From the NCBI RefSeq assembly GCF_018350175.1, contig NC_058383.1:20524001-20588000 (forward strand): a stretch of 64,000 nt of DNA, in the 5' to 3' direction. The stretch comes from Felis catus. Lineage: Eukaryota. A program made the position numbers and the translations under genes. The number at the start of each line of letters is the position of its first letter. Position 1 is the stretch's first letter. The notes under the pieces are model-generated. The model searched no databases. It worked only from the letters and a program-made list of their open reading frames with translations, and was not told the DNA's origin. Below, piece by piece: positions 45,840-58,891 of this stretch.

Positions 45840-47075
45840 TCTCCAGCTTGCCCTTTGCCAAATCACCAGTGACCTCCAAGTGGCTAACCCCTGTGATGAA
45901 TGCCAGGTCTCACTACACATGAACGATGAGTGGTACCTCGTTCCGTCCCCCCAGAGCCCTGTTCTTCTCTTGAATCTCCCGGTGTTTCTCTTGCCTCCTT
46001 GGTTACTCTTTCTCAGCTGATTTTGAAGCTCTTCAACTTTCCCTAATCTCTTAGTGTGAGAGGGTACAGGACTCGGTCCCTGGACCTCCTCTCTTGTCTA
46101 TGTACAAACACTCCCTTGGTCTTTCTTTCGAATCTCATGACTGTTCCTGGCAACTCCCGATTTTGTATCTCCAGCCCAGAATTCCCTCCTAGGCATCAGG
46201 CTCCTAAATCAGCATTTCTGCTAGGATGCGTAAAAGGCATCTCACACTCTGCATGGCCAAAGCTGAACTCCTGACGTGCCCATATCCTGCTCCAACCACA
46301 ACCTTCCGCATCTGGCATGAAGGCAACTCTAACCTGCCCATTCCAAAGGCCAAAGGTCTTGAAAGTTTCATTCTTTTATTTTTTTCTTTCTTTTTCATGG
46401 GTTTTTTTTTTTGAGACAGAGAGAGAGAGAGAGAGAGAAAGTGAGCAGGCGGGAGGGGCAGGAGAGACAGAGAATCTCAAGCAGGCTCCGCGCTTAGCAC
46501 AGAGCCCAACATGGGGCTCGATCCCACGACTCTAGGATCGCGACCTGAGCAGAAACCAAGAGTTGGATGCTCAACCAACTGAGCCACCCAGGCACCCCAG
46601 AAGTCATCCTTTTAACTGTATACCCCCATCACATCTGCCAGGGAATCCTACTTGCTTTACCCTCCTGCATATGTCTGGAAAATGACTACCATTCTAGAAT
46701 AAACAACCATCACCTGTCTTCTAGATGACCTCAGCAGATTTCTAAGAGGTCTCCCTGCTTACACTATTTTTTTAAGATTTTTTTTTTAATGCTTATTTTT
46801 GAGCGAGAGAGACAGAGCATGAGCAGGGGAGAGGGGTGGCAGAGAGAGAGAGGGAGACACGGCATCCGAAGCAGGCTCCAGGCTCTGAGCTGTCAGCCCA
46901 TGCCCGACACGGGGCTCGAACGCACGAACTGTGAGATCATGACCTGAGTCGAAGTCGGATGCTTAACTGACTGAGCCACCCAGGCACCCCTCCCTGTTTC
47001 TCTGATCAAATCACTAAAGCCTATTCTGACCAAAGAGGACAGCAATATCATCTTAATGCTTAAAATATAAGTCAA
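45840..47075 (+). mobile_element. L2 fragment interrupted by antisense Can-SINEs (46374-46598, 46767-46990)
   Basis: caccagtgacctccaagtggctaa; tgtatctccagccca; aggcatctcacactctgcatggccaaagctgaactc. Confidence 0.75.
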
Positions 47076-47079
47076 AAGA

Positions 47080-47460
47080 AGAAATAACCACCGTCTTCCT
47101 CAACCTCTTTTAGAAAATAGAGGGATGAACACTTCCCGAAATGAAGCCAGAATTCCTCTGATACCAAAACCCGACAAAGACATTAGAAGAAACGAAATTA
47201 ACAAGCCAATATTCCTCATGAGCAGAGACACAGCAATCCATAACAAAGTATTAACAAATTAGATTTAAAAATATATTAAAAGGATAATGCATGATAAATA
47301 AGCAGGGTTTCTTCTAGAAACACAAGGTTGGTTTAACATTCTAAAATCAATCAATGTAATTTACCATCTTACCGGAATAAAGGAGGAAGAGCAGACGAGA
47401 ACTGTAATAGATGAAGCAAAGGAATCTGGCAAACCCCAACACGCCTTGTTAACATCTAAC
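47080..47460 (+). mobile_element. Decayed L1 ORF2 reverse-transcriptase fragment
   Basis: ctgataccaaaacccgacaaagaca…ccaatattcctcatgagcagagacac…caaggttggtttaacattctaaaatcaatcaatgtaat matches the IPKP / PISLMN / QGWFNI region, with in-frame stops. Confidence 0.85.
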
Positions 47461-48712
47461 ACCATGCCTCCACGTCGGACACAAATCTGGGTTCCAATTC
47501 TAGTCTTCCTGCGTCTGTGAATGTGCGAACCCCTGAGCAAGGCACTTGAGGTCACGGAGTCTCAGTTTCCCCATGTGCAAATAGGCATACCCACCCCTAC
47601 GGGGCTGTCGCAAAGACCAATTGATAATGAAGGAAAGCATTGCATGCGCAGCGCGTTATTTCCCTTCCCAGACCGTAGCCAGGACGATTATTATCAGTGG
47701 GAGTAGGTGGAAATGCAAATACACCGCGGAGATACCCTTGCATCCATGCCCGCCGAAGGATGCGCACAGTGTGATCAGGAAGGTCCTAACTTCCAGACCG
47801 GAAGGAGGTGGTCAGGGAAGTCTTTTATGTATGTATGTATGTATTTATTTATTTATTTACCATTTCTTTGGAACCCAGCAGGTGGAAGAGAGGGCCAGGG
47901 AGGCGCGGGCTACCGTCAGGAACCTTGTGAAATTAGGCAGCGGAGTTGCTGCACACGCTTAAACATGGGTCGGATCCCGTCTGCCGTCTCTGATCACTCT
48001 GAGAGCCCTTCCCTCGTCGGCTCAGACTTCACGGCTGGATGTCCGGGCATTACCACTGTCTGCTCGAGACTCCAGCAACGAAAACGAGTGGCCTTCACGC
48101 AGGACGATGCCTTCTGCACAGCTATCTCCGCTTCCTTATTTTATTCCGGTTTCGGACAATATGGGAAGAAACACGGGTTTACTTACTCGTTTATCTGTTT
48201 GTTCGAAGACTACTGACTGAGCGTCCACACGGTGCCAGTACGCTATCCAACACGCTTAAGGTGCAGCAGCGAACAAGGCAGGTCGGGTCCCTGCACTCGG
48301 CGACTGTCGACATTTAACCTACTAGTCATCCGTGTCCTTGTTTACTACTGGGGCAGTGAAATGTGGGCTCACCGTCAGGGAGCTCGTAGAATCTGAGAAG
48401 GGGACATTTACTCTGATCACTAGAGGTTGTAGGGAAACTGGCCTGGATGCTGGGCGGAGATCCAGAAGAGTCCGTGCTCAGAGAGGACCTCGTGCCAAGG
48501 CGGCAGCAGAGGCGGGTACCATCGGTGAGGCAGGTGAAGAAGAGCGTGGTCGGAGATGAGGAAGCAGAAGGGAATCGGCATGCTAGATGGCTGAGAGAAG
48601 CCATTTAGCATGTATTTACATGCAGTACTTCGAGAGAAGCCACGATGTATTTACTCAGGGCCTGAGAAGCCACGTTAAGGATTTGGGTCTTTATCACAAA
48701 GACAGTTACGGA

Positions 48713-48933
48713 GGGGCGCCTGGGTGGCGCAGTCGGTTAAGCGTCCGACTTCAGCCAGGTCACGATCTCGCGGTCCGTGAGTTCGAGCCCCGCGTGGGGC
48801 TCTGTGCTGACCGCTCAGAGCCTGGAGCCTGTTTCCGATTCTGTGTCTCCCTCTCTCTCTGCCCCTCCCCCGTTCATGCTCTGTCTCTGTCTGTCCCAAA
48901 AATAAATAAACGTTGAAAAAAAAAATTAAAAAA
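48713..48933 (+). mobile_element. Young Can-SINE
   Basis: TSD acaaagacagttacgga at 48696-48712 and 48934-48950. Confidence 0.96.
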
Positions 48934-49005
48934 ACAAAGACAGTTACGGATTCCAAGCGGGGAAGCCACTTGATTCGATGTGCATTTTTAAAAGCTCTCT
49001 GTAGA

Positions 49006-49220
49006 GGGTGCCTGGGTGGCTCAGTGGGTTAAGCCACTGACTCGATTTCGGCTCAGGTCACGATCTCCTGGTTCATGAGTTGCAGCCCACATCAGGCTCA
49101 CTGCTGTTAGCACAGAGCCTTCTTCAGATCCTCTGTCCCCCCCTCTGTCTGTCCCTCCCTCGTTTGTGCTCTCTCTCAAAAGTAAATAAGCATTTCGAGA
49201 ATCTTCTTAATTAAAAAAAT
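49006..49220 (+). mobile_element. Can-SINE (older)
   Basis: TSD aaaagct(c/t)tctgtaga at 48990-49005 and 49221-49236. Confidence 0.92.
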
Positions 49221-49438
49221 AAAAGCTTTCTGTAGAAAAGGGGCAAAGTTTGGAAGTAAAGTGCAAGATGTGTTGATTAGGTGTGTGGGAGCAGGGTCGG
49301 AGGTGAGTCTTGGGTTTCAGACATGAACCCTGAGGGCAGGGAGCGGATGTTGTACAATGAGATTCAGAGAACTCTGGGGGGTGGGGGGAGGTCATTTGGG
49401 TAAGTGGAGATGTGAGAGAGATAGAAACATGGGCCACA

Positions 49439-49648
49439 GGGGCGCCTGGGTGGCGCAGTCGGTTAAGCATCCGACTTCAGCCAGGTCACGATCTCGCGGT
49501 CCGGGAGTTCGAGCCCCGCGTCGGGCTCTGGGCTGATGGCTTGGAGCCTGGAGCCTGTTTCCGATTCTGTGTCTCCCTCTCTCTCTGCCCCTCCCCCGTT
49601 CATGCTCTGTCTCTCTCTGTCCCAAAAATAAATAAACGTTGAAAAAAA
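49439..49648 (+). mobile_element. Young Can-SINE
   Basis: TSD agaaacatgggccaca at 49423-49438 and 49649-49664. Confidence 0.96.
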
Positions 49649-50434
49649 AGAAACATGGGCCACAGTCTTGGCTTTTAGGGGGTGGGACCTGGGCTATACT
49701 GGGGTTCTTGCGAAATGCCCAAAAGGTGACCTCAAGCCATCAGTTAGACATATGCGAATGGACCCCCGAAGAAAGATCTGTTCTAGAACAAGGACCTTTG
49801 GGGCTATCAGTAAAGCCGTGGAGGAGAATGTTTCCAAGTGGGAATGGGGAGGCAGTCGGAAGGAAGTGGGCCCCTGCCCTAAATAATAACAACGATAGAA
49901 CCTGACAAGGAGACTCACGGAACCAAGAGAAATGGGTTGGGGAGCACGGTGAGAAAAGAGTCCAAGGAAAAAGAATTTTCCAGGAAGGGAAAGTGGACGA
50001 TATTCCACATCAGTTACGCTGCAAGCAGCAACTGAAGTCAGGCACGGAAAGAACTCTTGGTCAAAGGAGCCAAGTGGAGAACTTTCTAGGACGTTGTTGG
50101 AGGCGGGAACCGGGTTGGAGGAGGTGAGTCAGGCAGAGGTGAGGAAGGAGAGTCAGCGAGTATACTAACCAGATTTTTCTAGGAGTCATCTGCTGCGAAG
50201 AGGAAGCAAGAGGAAGCCAGCTGCCAGGCAGAGACGCAGGTGACATTTTCCTCTCATGTTTCCATTTTGGGTCAGTTAGGCTGCCTGTCTGCGTCAAACA
50301 ACAGTGGCAAATTGGTCGTTCAGTAAATCGATTTTTTTTTTTTTTTTTACAGTTTGATTTTAGGTGACTTGGCTTTAGAGAGCTTGATTTTTAGGAAATT
50401 GACCTCGAGTCAAATTGAGAAGTCCATGTCGATA

Positions 50435-50660
50435 AAAACCATCAACTATTGAGCAGTGACTATGTCAGGCACCCTGCCAGGTAAGCTACATTATCTCATT
50501 AACTGCTCACAAATCTCTAGGAAGAAGGGCGGTTTCGGTCGCCATTTACCAGCCAGAGATCCAGGCACAGAGAGGGTAGGTACTTGCCAAGGCCATCCAG
50601 CAGCAAGGGACGGAGCCTGGATTCGCCTTGGGTCTGCCTGGCCCCAAGCCCAGGGCTCCC
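50435..50660 (-). mobile_element. MIR
   Basis: tattgagcagtgactatgtcaggcac…ggcacagagagggtaggtacttgccaaggcca. Confidence 0.8.
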
Positions 50661-51359
50661 CCATCTCAGATTTCAGTGTGCTTGTATTTTCTCCGGAGCG
50701 CCGGTCCTGACCTCACTGGGTAGGGGTTTTCTTTATTAGTGTGGAGTCTTGTCGCTCTGTGCTTCTCTCCTCAGCACTGACACGTTTCATTTTATACTGG
50801 GAGGAGCAACATCTACCCTCCCCACCCTTCTAGAAGATTCCATTCACAAAGTCAGGAAACTTAGGGGACTGTATCCCCAGCATCACAACACGGTCCTTGG
50901 AACTCATCAGTGCTCGACCGCATTTGCTGAGTTAACGGGTTATGGGAGCATCTCAGCAGGGTCCCGGGATGGGCTCGTGGCTTTATCGCGACGTCTGCCC
51001 TCATCCCGGACGCCCTCAAATGCCAGGGTCCGCAGGATGTGAATTGCCTGGGAAACAGACAGTGACCAAAATGGGGAAGAGGAGGGTGACTCGGGCACCT
51101 AGGTCTAGACATCTGTCTTGGAGAATCAAAGAGACAAAATGTCTACACCATCCGGGATGCTCTCAACTTCCCGCTGTGGATTCCTGGCTGATGAAATTTG
51201 CCTTCAGATCAAAAGGACCCTAGACTGGAATAATCAGTCTTTGCTGTGCTTTTTAAACCGAAGGACTTTGGGTATACCTGGCATTCTATGTACAGATGTC
51301 AAACCAGGCTTGCTTGTGTCTAGTTGGGTGTTGGGGGGGAGGGGAGGGCACCAGGGTGC

Positions 51360-52135
51360 CCAAGTCAGCTCCTTAGCCAGCCTAGTATCCTCCCTGACCC
51401 TCTTTCCCCTTCCTCTTCCGCCCTCTACAAAGATGTTCAAGCTCACAGTTACGGGTTCTTCCTCCTAAATCTCCCAAATTCATCCTCTCCTCCCCCGTCC
51501 CACTGTCTGAGCTCAGGACACTCTCACTATGTCTCACCTATCGGCTCAACCTGCCATTGGTGTATCTGCCACCAAGCTAGAGCCATCCGTTCACTCAGCA
51601 GGCGTGATCGTCCTGAAACGCCAAGCAGATCATGTCACCCCTCTTATAAGACACCCCCGCGTGTCTCCACTGCCCTTAGGATTGACCGCAAACCCCAGAC
51701 GGGCAATAAATCCCAACAACCTCCTTCCAGAGGACCCCTCCCACTCATCCCCTGCATTTCTATTTCTGCTTTAGCTGTGAAGTACTTGGCATCTCCCCAT
51801 GGCGTACCCTGCGATTATTCAAGCCACCGTGTCCCTCAAGTGGCCATTCCCTGCACCTTGAAAGCCAGATCTGTGTGGCCAAGTCCTACTAATCTTCCAG
51901 GACTCAAATCAGACATTTGTCTGATTTTTTGTCAAGCCATCCCCCAAACCCTCCGATGACTCAGTTGTATTCAACTAATATTGAGACAATAACCCATCGA
52001 TCGTCTGTGATCCCGCTGAACTTTACGCAACGATCTCAGAGCGCTTTATACATTCTGTTGTATTTTCTGCATCTCTGCCCCTCCAAACCCCCTCGATGGA
52101 CTGTGGGAAACTTAGGTTAATTCAAGTCCATATAG
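51360..52135 (+). mobile_element. L2 fragment
   Basis: cagcaggcgtgatcgtcctgaaacgccaagcagatcatgtcacccctc…ccactgcccttaggat. Confidence 0.65.
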
Positions 52136-52899
52136 CCCAGAGTTTGAGAATTCAGGCTATGCTGTCACAGAGTTCTAAGTTTAAATTCTGATTTATCACA
52201 GCATGACCCTGGGGGACTTACTTAAGTCTTGGCGCTGGAGGTATTTTTAATCTGTAAACTAGGGACAGGAGTGACCACCTCATTGGCTCCTTACAAGCAA
52301 GGAGGGAGTGCGGCATGCTTAGCAAATGCCTCCGCTTGGTTTCACGTAGAGCGTGTCATAAGCATGCGGAGACGATCAGATGAAACTGACCGTCAAAGGC
52401 ACATGTGATGTCATTTTGCCTTCTCATCCCTGCTTGGAACAAAGGAGGTACTAAATATCGTCGAATGAATGGAAACAAGCTTTCACAGGGAGGTGGGGGG
52501 ACGAGGAGACAGACCCACGTCTCCTGTCTGCTCACCTTTGTGATCTCCCGAGCACAGAGGCCGGAAGGAGAAGCCACACCCTCCCGGTCAACCTCTGTTG
52601 AGCGCCACCTATGTTCCAAGCGCCGTGCCGTGCGCCTTCCGGCGGGAGCGGTCGTGAGCATCCCCCATCCTCAAACGAGAAAACAGATGCCGTGAAGCTA
52701 AGCCAGGGAGCCGCACTCGAAGTGCCGGAACGAAGATCTGCCTGGCCCCAAATCCCAAACCCCAACACCCACAGCCCGCCGCAGGATCACGATTCCCCAC
52801 TGGAAGGCTTTCTTGGGCTGCCCAGGGAGCCCGTGCGGCACCTTTGCAGGGAAAGATTCAGAGGCTAGCCCATTATGACGATACTGTTGCCTTGAAACA

Positions 52900-53300
52900 T
52901 AAATAGTCACTCACCGTGGAACTGTTTGTTAGGAGAAATGTACGAATTAGGGACAAGTGAGACATAAAATCATCATTTCACGCAGGAAGACATCGCCAAA
53001 GGGACAGAATTACTTATTATATTAATTCCGTCCTTCGGCCCCCAGCTCATCTCTCTGCATAATGACTCAGTCACAGAATGTATTGTTGGCAACATTTGGG
53101 GACATTTCCACTATGATTTTTGCAGAAATTGAATAATCTGAGGCTTCCCATTCTATTCCCTTCTGCTCCATCCGATGAAGCCGGCACGTAGAAGCATCAC
53201 ATAGAATCTCTGAGTCACGATGGCTACGATATTTCTTGGGAGGTAAATACCTGTTTACTCCTGTATTTATAATATTCGTGACTCACTCTTAACAGCCAAG
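52900..53300. promoter_or_regulatory. Candidate AP-1/FOX enhancer
   Basis: Three TGA(C/G)TCA sites (53063, 53211, 53279) and FOX-type GTAAATA/TGTTTAC (53243-53258) in non-repeat DNA. Confidence 0.4.
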
Positions 53301-53684
53301 CCATACCTAATGGCAGAACATGAGAGGTATTTCTACCTCAGCCGGAAATCAAGTAGCTTTTGATCCGATAAGGAGCTGGATGGATCTGGTAAGCATCTGA
53401 TGCAGGACTGAGCCAAAAAGGGTTAGAACCACAATATTCCAACTTGGATTGTTGTCTGCTATTCTGCGGTCTCACCGCTTCGCCGCAAAAGATTTGTAGG
53501 CTAACGGTACCAGGTGCATAGAAAGTGGTCACGCGGAAGAGGGAGTTTCTTCACGGTCTAGCACGATCACGAGTATTTAAGGCTTTTCTACAGTTTCTTT
53601 TAAATTAACAACAACCTTTCCCACCACATGTTGAACACCTGGTGTGCTGGGCCCTGCTCTGGGAGCTTTAAATTTACCAGCTCA

Positions 53685-53921
53685 GGGAGCGCCTGGGTGG
53701 CTCAGTCGGTTAAGCATCTGACTTCGGCTCAGGTCGTGATCTCACAGTTCATGAGTTCGAGCCCCGCGTCAGGCTCTGCGCGGACAGCTGGGAGCCGGAC
53801 GCCTGGAGCCTGCTTCGGATTCTGTGTCTCCCACTCTTTCTCTCTCTCTCTCTGCCCTTCCCCTGCTTGTGCTCTCTCTGTGTCTCTCAAAACAGAAATA
53901 AACATTAAAAAATAAAATAAA
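53685..53921 (+). mobile_element. Can-SINE inside a MIR
   Basis: TSD taaatttaccagctc at 53669-53683 and 53922-53936. Confidence 0.95.
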
Positions 53922-54274
53922 TAAATTTACCAGCTCCTTTAACCACCACGGCATCTGGGACAGGAAAGAATGAATATGTCGGGCTTAAAGACGAGGACAA
54001 GAAGTTCAGAGAGGGAAGTGGTCTCCCCAATATTATGATGCAACAGAACGTAAATAGTCATCCTAATGCAGACACAAAATGTTCAAGGTCGATAAAAAAT
54101 TGCTACAAATACGTACCGGGTGTTCGTAAAAGTCAACTTGAAAAAACAGAGACTTACTATGTTTTTGTGTGAAAGAATAATATTTTAAAAACATTAACTC
54201 TCCTGACTTTTTAGGGGTAAACAATTTCAGTCACATGACTTTTATATCTTTAACAAAGCAATCCTTAAAGTTTT

Positions 54275-54498
54275 GTTTTGTTTTGTTTTTTACATTTTTT
54301 TAATGTTTATTTTTGAGACACAGAGAGAGAGAGCACGAACGGAGGAGGGTCAGAGACAGGGAGACACAGAATCGGAAGCAGACTCCAGGCTCTGAGCTGT
54401 CAGCACAGAGCCCGACGCGGGGCTCGAACTCACGGACCGTGAGATCATGACCTGAGCTGATGTCGGATGCTCAACCGACTGAGCCGCCCAGGCGCCCC
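54275..54498 (-). mobile_element. Can-SINE
   Basis: Antisense full-length copy with (TTTTG)n tail. Confidence 0.93.
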
Positions 54499-55082
54499 TC
54501 AATTCTTAGGTTTTAAAAGGAAACATCCCAGAATAACTGAGAAAATATCAACAAGCAGTCAGAAGATAGCGTGCTAATAGATTAATTTATGAATATAATA
54601 ATGTAGTGATACGCTCACGGATGATACGCGAATAAATTCTGATTTTGAAAAAATTAATGCACTTGTTTAAAACACTGCGGGAAGTGGTTCAAGATTGCAG
54701 AGTTTGATCCAAAGAAGAGTAAAGATAGCCCAGGAAAAGATCAATAGGCATAAAAATGTACAATATGATAAATATGGCATTTCCCATCAGTAGGAGAAGG
54801 AAGAATCATTCAGTTTATGGTCAAGACACGAGTCATATATAAAAATAGTAATAGTGAGAAGATAGAAAGAGAAGCAGAAAGGAGGAGACATTGAATATAT
54901 AAAACAAAATGAATTAGAGATTGTAGATTAAAGCATGTAATGTTAGAAGCAAAGGAAAGAAGGAGGGGGGGGGAAGGACGGAGGGAGGGAGGGAGGGAGG
55001 GAGGGAAGAAGGAAACTAAAAATAATGACAGATACTCTAAGTAACCAAACTTGGCATAGATAAGAAGACTTTTCTGCATAAC

Positions 55083-55122
<40 letters not shown>

Positions 55123-55127
55123 AAAGA
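55083..55127. repeat. (GAAA)n microsatellite; (GGAG)n tract at ~54955-55012
   Basis: Direct reading. Confidence 0.95.
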
Positions 55128-55590
55128 ATATATTAATAGATTTGATTACCTTCAGTATTTTTAAATAAAGTACATATATCAAAACACCACACACAAAACT
55201 TAAAAGACCCATTACAGACTGTGAAAAAGTGTAAACTCTGAATCAGAACTAGGATATCTGGATTTTTTTAACATTTATGTTTATTCTATTATTATTTATG
55301 TCACAGGAATATGCAGACCTCTGACAATTCAATAAAAAATTACATATATCCTGATAGGAAAATGCACAAAAGGAATGAACTAACGGTGCACAGAAAAAGG
55401 AATCCAGATACTCGACACCCCCTGAAATGTGTTCGATCGCCAGCAACTAAAAAAAAGAAAAAACTCTTGTGAAATATGTTTCACCCATTAACTTGGGGGT
55501 GAATAAAAGAGTCACGGGTGACAAGTGTCTGTGTAAAAAACATGCTCACACAATCCTGAACGGGGGGAAAGGAATAAATTGACTGTAACA

Positions 55591-55802
55591 TTTTTTTTAA
55601 ATGTTTATTTATTTGCGAGACAGAGAGAGACAGAGTGCTAGCAGGGGAGGGGCAGAGAGAGAGGGAGATGCAGAATCGGAAGCAGGCTCCAGGCTCCGAG
55701 CTGTCAGCACAGAGCCCGACGCGGGGCTCGAACTCACGGACCGCGAGATCGTGACCTGAGCCGAAGTCGGACGCTTAACACACTGAGCCACCCAGGCGGC
55801 CC
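55591..55802 (-). mobile_element. Can-SINE
   Basis: Antisense full-length copy. Confidence 0.94.
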
Positions 55803-56029
55803 TACATCCCTCCCTACGTTTTTTATTTTTAAAGGTGTTACATACACTTTTACGTAGCAAAAGTCTTATGAAACACGTAACAGTTGATCCAGCAGTGAAA
55901 AGCTGCACGATCCAGCCTAATGATTCTTCTTCTGGAAAACGTATTCCGAAAAGCAATCAGAGATGCACTCAAATATGTATGTGGATGTGTAGGTAACTCC
56001 AGCTAAAGATACAGAGATTCACATCAGCC

Positions 56030-56567
56030 TGTGGCAGGCATCTCCTGACATGACTTCAATTACTCAGTCGTCCGGTATTCACACCCACGTGTTGCCCTCC
56101 TGGATGTGGGCCGCACTTGGTGCCTTCCTTCCGTCACAAATAGAACATGGCAAAATGACGTGATGTCTCTTGCCGGCGCTCTCTTTCTCCCTCTCGCCCT
56201 CTCGCTTGCTCTGATGACGTTAGCTACCAGGCTATGAGCTGCCCTGTGCAGAGGTCCACTCAGAAAGGGACTAAGGAACAACCCCATCCAATAGCCAGTG
56301 AAGTCATGAGGCACTCAGACCACCAGCCCACAAAGAACTGAATACTGCCAACAACCATATGCATGATCTAGGAAGTGGGCCCTCCCCGGCCGAGCCTTTA
56401 GATGAGACCACAGCCCCATCCAGCACCTTGATGATACTCTCTGAGCAACCCAGAGCCAGAGGACCCAGCTAAACCATGCTTAGATTCCTGATTGTGTAAT
56501 AATCATCGTAACTTTAGGCCACTAAGTTTTGGGGTAGTTTGTTACACAGCATTAGATAATTAACACA
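56030..56567 (+). mobile_element. Complete MaLR solo LTR (MLT1F-like)
   Basis: TG…CA ends (tgtggcaggc…gttacacagcattagataattaacaca); near-TSD cagcc / cagct. Confidence 0.85.
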
Positions 56568-56919
56568 CAGCTTTAATTATGAAACTGCAACACTGGAAAC
56601 AATAAAAAGTTCTTCGAGAAAAAAAATCAACTGTAAAGGATCCAGATAACGGTATACCGCGGACCATGTTAAAAAATATTATTTATTGCTATAGGAAAAA
56701 GTTTATGGCAGTGAAAAAGTCAGTGAAAAGGCAGGCTTATCAAGCAGTATATGCAAAATGACACTATTTTTATAAATGCAATTAAGTCCATACGAGTGGA
56801 AAAAAGCTGAGAGAATAGACAAAACTTTCTCCACTATCCCTTTTGGGAAGACTTTTTATAAATCTGAGGGTGGCAAGACTTGCACAGCAGAAGCCCTTAC
56901 CGTTCATGCCTCGCTCTGC

Positions 56920-57220
56920 ATTTAACAAGCCTCAGGGGGTACGGTGACCAACGGAACAAAGTCTCTGCCCTCGTGAGTCTGACATTTTAGTGGGAGAGAT
57001 CAATCCATAACTTGAAGCCATGTAGTCAGGAAGTAGTAAGTCTACCAAGTAGAGTAAGGGACTAGAAGACAAGGGAGACAGTGCCATTTTATTCAGGTCA
57101 GGAGATCTTGAAATGCCATGTGGGCAGGGACCTAATGAAATGAGAATGAGTCATCCAAACATCGGGGGGAGGTGATTTCCAAGCAGTGAGAAGAGCAAAG
57201 GCCCTGTGGCAGAATCAAAC
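56920..57220 (-). mobile_element. L2 3' region
   Basis: acaaagtctctgccctcgtgagtctgacattttagtgggagaga…gagcaaaggccctgtggcag. Confidence 0.75.
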
Positions 57221-58419
57221 CCCGAAAATCCAAACTTGTCTTTGCTGCAGTCATATATGGACTTCACAATCCCAAGCCATGAAGCCAAGGTCAAGGGTGC
57301 AACTCTACCTCCTTCCTATAGCCCTTGGAGAAGCTGGTCAGACCATTTCTGAGACCCATATCTCCAAAGCCCCACGCTGAGGCTGAATTTAATCTCTCCT
57401 CCTTCTTCAGGCTCAGGGTCATCTCAGGCAACCTTGACCGATATGGGAGGTTATCACTGGTAACTGGGACCTGGAGTCATTATTATGGACCAAAGCATAG
57501 GGATGACCTTCAAAGCATAGTGTCTGCCCTTCCGTGGGAGTCTGTCGGCCTCTGTCCCGTGGCAGGTGCTGCGTCATTCAGCCTCCCCTGGGGCTTTGTG
57601 GTGGACACCAGCCACTCTAATGGGACTTCTAGATCATTTTCTCTGTCTTGCCAACTGATTACCCAATGGCCAAAGCTCTTCCCTTTTTGAGTGACCACTG
57701 CTACACTTACTGACACTTATTAAGCACTTGTTCCTTACTGGGCTCTGTGATAAGAGCCTTATGGACATCGTCTCATTTGATCCTTCCCACAAATATGTGA
57801 GGCAGGTAGGAGTACAAGATGGCTGAGATTCAGCGTGGGTGGAACTTACTCTGTGTCATAACCTCACAACACGTCAGGACTGAGAGACAAGCCCACATCT
57901 CCCTGGTTTGGGAACTTGTTATCTGCCTTTCCCCAGGAAATCACATTTTGATTTCCTTATACTTTTCCTTTCTTCCTTCCTATCCCAAAGCGTCCGATAG
58001 TGGGTGCTTCCTGGGATTTGGAACCACAACCAGGCAGACGTGTCTCTCATCTCCAACCCGTCTACCCCCACAGGGCCAGTCTCCGAAATTAAATCTACCC
58101 CTCAACTCCAACATCGTCCCACTCAAACTTTGCCTTACTTTTTCCTCCCCCGTGCTATTCTTGGGCCAGGAAATGACAGAGCCTAAGTGCAGTGCAAACT
58201 GTAAAGTGATGAATACATGAGGGTGATCCTATGGATTCTGGGCAACTTTCAAGGCTTCTGCTCTGGACCCTCGTGTTCAGTGCACAACCCGTGCAACCGT
58301 ATGAGCGGGTCCTACACCCCTATTGTAGGTTTGGGGGTCTCAGATCCATTAGTTTCCACCCAAGGCTAGGCTGAATAGCAGAACCAGATGACATGGCTGT
58401 TGAGAGAGACATACAGACA

Positions 58420-58450
<31 letters not shown>

Positions 58451-58891
58451 TCTGCATCCCACTCCAGAGCCAGAGAATGAAGATGGGAGAGCGGAACTGG
58501 TAATCTCTAGTTTTCATAAGCATTTCATGGAATTTCCAAGAAGCCTTTCTATGGTCAGACATTTCCTTTGCCTAAATGGATTATGTTTATAGCACCATTC
58601 AGGAGCTTATACAAGCAGGAACCAGGTCCTAGAGAGGAGTATGCAGAAGGCGGACTGCCCAGCCTCTCCTGCATCCCCAAGCCCTCGCTGCAGACTGAAT
58701 GACCCACAGAGGACACAATTCCAGCCACGGCTACTGAATCTGTGGGAGGCTGGGGCAGGATCTTACCATTAGGGGGATGACCACAGAGCAGTGCCCCGGC
58801 TTCACACGTCACTGATCTTCTCTTGAGCCCAGCCAGGCCTTGATTTAAACAAGCCATGCTGCACAGAGATGGGTAAGCGTTTGCTAGGCTG

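Larger units (their letters stand above)
48180..50200 (-). mobile_element. Long decayed L2 carrying three + strand Can-SINEs
   Basis: L2 3' end at ~48180-48320 and purine-rich antisense L2 text beyond it. Confidence 0.65.
54500..56860 (+). mobile_element. Highly decayed L1 (L1ME-like) ORF2/3'UTR fragments with later insertions
   Basis: A-rich L1-like blocks (tatgataaatatggcatttcccatcagtagga; aaattacatatatcctgataggaaaatgcacaaaaggaatgaac). Confidence 0.6.

Noticed and set aside
47080..47460. Reverse transcriptase coding sequence
   Set aside because: Short decayed L1 ORF2 remnant with stops and indels; not a functional or novel RT system.
51324..51959. Longest ORF (211 aa)
   Set aside because: Non-ATG start, overlaps a decayed L2, Ser/Pro-rich with no recognisable domain.
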